The position numbers and the translations under genes are program-made. A stretch of DNA of 63,127 nucleotides, counting the filler, from Octopus bimaculoides (Eukaryota), in assembly GCF_001194135.2 (NCBI RefSeq). It is 5 parts of 5 records of this genome, joined end to end, with 100 filler letters (N's around TTAATTAATTAA, not from the genome) between each part and the next. Parts side by side here need not be neighbours in the genome. Positions count along the whole stretch, not along the records: positions 58,758 to 63,127 come from NC_069008.1; 4 more parts are not named here. One strand, written 5' to 3'. Below, piece after piece: positions 61,346 to 63,127 of the stretch. The notes under the pieces are model-generated. The model was not told the origin of the DNA. It saw only the letters and a program-made list of their open reading frames with translations, and made no database searches. Within the stretch, counting starts at the first letter, position 1. Each line of letters starts with the position of its first letter.

Positions 61346-61514
61346 CGACTTTTAATTTCTGACACATGTACTGTAACACTATGTTGCATTGTCTCTTGGA
61401 AGGATTTTTATCATCAGTGATCCCGCAGCCATGTTGGTTGGTCCATTCCAGCTTCAGGATGCTTCGACCCTGTTTCGAATTCCCAACTGATGCGGCACTG
61501 CTTTGGAAGTATTT
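61346..61514 (-). CDS. DD3-3: DD3-3-like protein, internal exon (KYFQSSAASVGNSKQGRSILKLEWTNQHGCGITDDKNPSKRQCNIVLQYMCQKLKV)
   Basis: 169-nt exon, tctcag|AAA...GTC G|gtcagt, phase 0/1. Contains the family signature EWTNQHGCG...CNIVLQYMC. Confidence 0.92.
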
Positions 61515-61539
61515 CTGAGATGATAGACAGAATGAATAA

Positions 61540-61766
61540 TTGAATGAGAGAAAGAGAGGGAGAGAGGGGGAAAGGAAGGAAGGAAGGAACGAACGAACGA
61601 ACGAACGAACGAACGAAAGAAAGAAAAAGGAACGAGCGAACAAAGAAAAGAAGAAAGAGAGGAAGGAAGAAAGGAAGGAAGGAGAGAAAGAAAGGAGAGA
61701 AAGAAAGGAGAGAAAGAAAGGAGAGAAAGAAAGAAAGGAGAGAAAGGAAGGAAGGAAGGAATGAAC

Positions 61767-61803
<37 letters not shown>

Positions 61804-61832
61804 AGGAAAGAAAGAGAGAGAGAAAGAAAGAG

Positions 61833-61922
<90 letters not shown>

Positions 61923-61925
61923 TGA
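61540..61925. repeat. (GAAA)n/(GAAG)n/(GAAC)n compound microsatellite
   Basis: Direct inspection. It is the source of several spurious ORFs. Confidence 0.95.
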
Positions 61926-61953
61926 AAAAAAATCAACAAGCAAGATAAGAATA

Positions 61954-62476
61954 CGAGGCCGAGGAAAAAGTTTGTGTACCGTGTTAAAATAATGATTTTT
62001 TTATGCAAGAATTTATTCAAAAACAACAACTATTCTTCAAAATAAAGACCACCATTTTCCACAACCTTCTACCAATGATCTACAGGCTTTCGGAATTGGT
62101 CAAAGTACCAATCCTTTGGCTTTGAATCGAAAAATTCTTGACAGGTTTCTTCAACTTCATCGAATGGCCCAAATCGGTGACCTTTCATAAAGTGCTGCAT
62201 TGATCGGAAGAGATCGTAGTAAGATGGCGCAACGTCTGGAATACACGCTGGATGCGGCAGAACTTCCACACCGTCCAATTCTTTAATCTTGTAACTGGTC
62301 TTTCTGGCAATATGCGTATTTGCATTGCGTTGTTGAAACTAAACACGTTTTCGACGAACACAGAGTCACCATTGAATATGACATCAACTGAATGAACACA
62401 CACACACCACAAAAATATATTTTTAAAAAAAAAAGCATTATTTTAACATGGTGGACAAACTTTTTCCTCAACCTAA
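61954..62476 (-). mobile_element. Internally deleted mariner element in a DD3-3 intron
   Basis: ~50-bp imperfect TIRs (GAGGAAAAAGTTTGT...GTTAAAATAATG) flanked by TA. Transposase C-terminus PHPACIPDVAPSYYDLFRSMQHF...FFDSKPKDWY (YSPDLAPSD-like). Confidence 0.85.
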
Positions 62477-62548
62477 TAATATAAAAATTCCTCATCTCTG
62501 AGATACAAAATCGTATCATGTGATAAATACTTGCAAAAGTCTCCTTAC

Positions 62549-62626
62549 CATTTGATATTGATCTGAAGCCTTCCTCGCAGCAGTGGCTGTTCGATCTCCA
62601 ACGTTATAACCACCATTATTGTTATT
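62549..62626 (-). CDS. DD3-3: DD3-3-like protein, internal exon (NNNNGGYNVGDRTATAARKASDQYQM)
   Basis: 78-nt open exon between tttgtttag| and |gtaagg, phase 0/0. The peptide matches the recalled DD3-3 family motif FDSQNN.GGYNVGD...QY.M. It splices in frame to 61514. Confidence 0.9.
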
Positions 62627-62722
62627 CTAAACAAAAGAAAAAATATTTCGGTTGTTAGCCATTTGTTTTCTGCCTCAAGAGCAAGCAATTGCATGAAGTT
62701 CAAAGAACTAAAGCAGAAAAAA

Positions 62723-63098
62723 GAAATTTTACAAGAAATTTTAATAGAAATTTTAATAGAAATGTTAATAGAAATTTTACTGGAAATTTTACAAGAAATT
62801 TTACAAGATATTTTAATAGAAATTTTAATAGAAATTTTATAAGAAATTTTAATAGAAATTTTAATAGATATTTTAATAGAAATTTTACAAGAAAATTTAC
62901 AAGAAATTTTACAAGAAATTTTACAAGATATTTTAATAGAAATTTTAATAGAAATTTTACAAGAAATTTTAATAGAAATTTTAATAGATATTTTAATAGA
63001 TATTTTAATAGAAATTTTACAAGAAAATTTACAAGAAAATTTACAAGGAGTTTTACGGGAAAGTTTACAAGAAATTTTAGTAGAGATTTTAGAAGAAA
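62723..63098. repeat. 12-bp minisatellite (GAAATTTTACAA / GAAATTTTAATA / GATATTTTAATA)
   Basis: About 31 units of three variants with a ~120-bp higher-order pattern. Confidence 0.9.
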
Positions 63099-63127
63099 TG
63101 CGACTAAAGGTGGTGCTCCAGCACAGC

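Overview
Animal genomic DNA: AT-rich, with dense (AT)n/(GT)n/(ATAC)n microsatellites and about 4.8 kb of N gaps. The repeat families and assembly style suggest a coleoid cephalopod, probably Octopus (inference). Only one host gene is firmly recognisable: four minus-strand exons (62626->59724) of a DD3-3-like protein, with canonical splice sites and consistent phases at both junctions that can be checked. Its start lies beyond the right edge, and I could not find its 3' half in the ~60 kb downstream. The rest is a transposon graveyard: several tRNA-derived SINE families; RTE, CR1-like, Tx1/L1-like and HERO-like (RLE) LINE remnants; several Penelope-like fragments; mariner remnants; a Gypsy integrase remnant with two diverged LTR-like sequences; hAT, piggyBac-like and Mutator-like MITEs; and several minisatellites. 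Nearly all ORFs in the supplied track are artefacts of gaps, microsatellites or TE debris. Most notable observations: (1) a tRNA-headed SINE-like element with an intact minimal hammerhead ribozyme motif (9362-9407); (2) a 307-bp foldback MITE with 83-bp TIRs, a perfect 9-bp TSD and a core of telomeric TTAGGG/ATAGGG repeats (7560-7866); (3) a piggyBac-like MITE dimer that seems to move as one unit; (4) long hairpin elements; (5) SINE/LINE tail sharing visible within the window.
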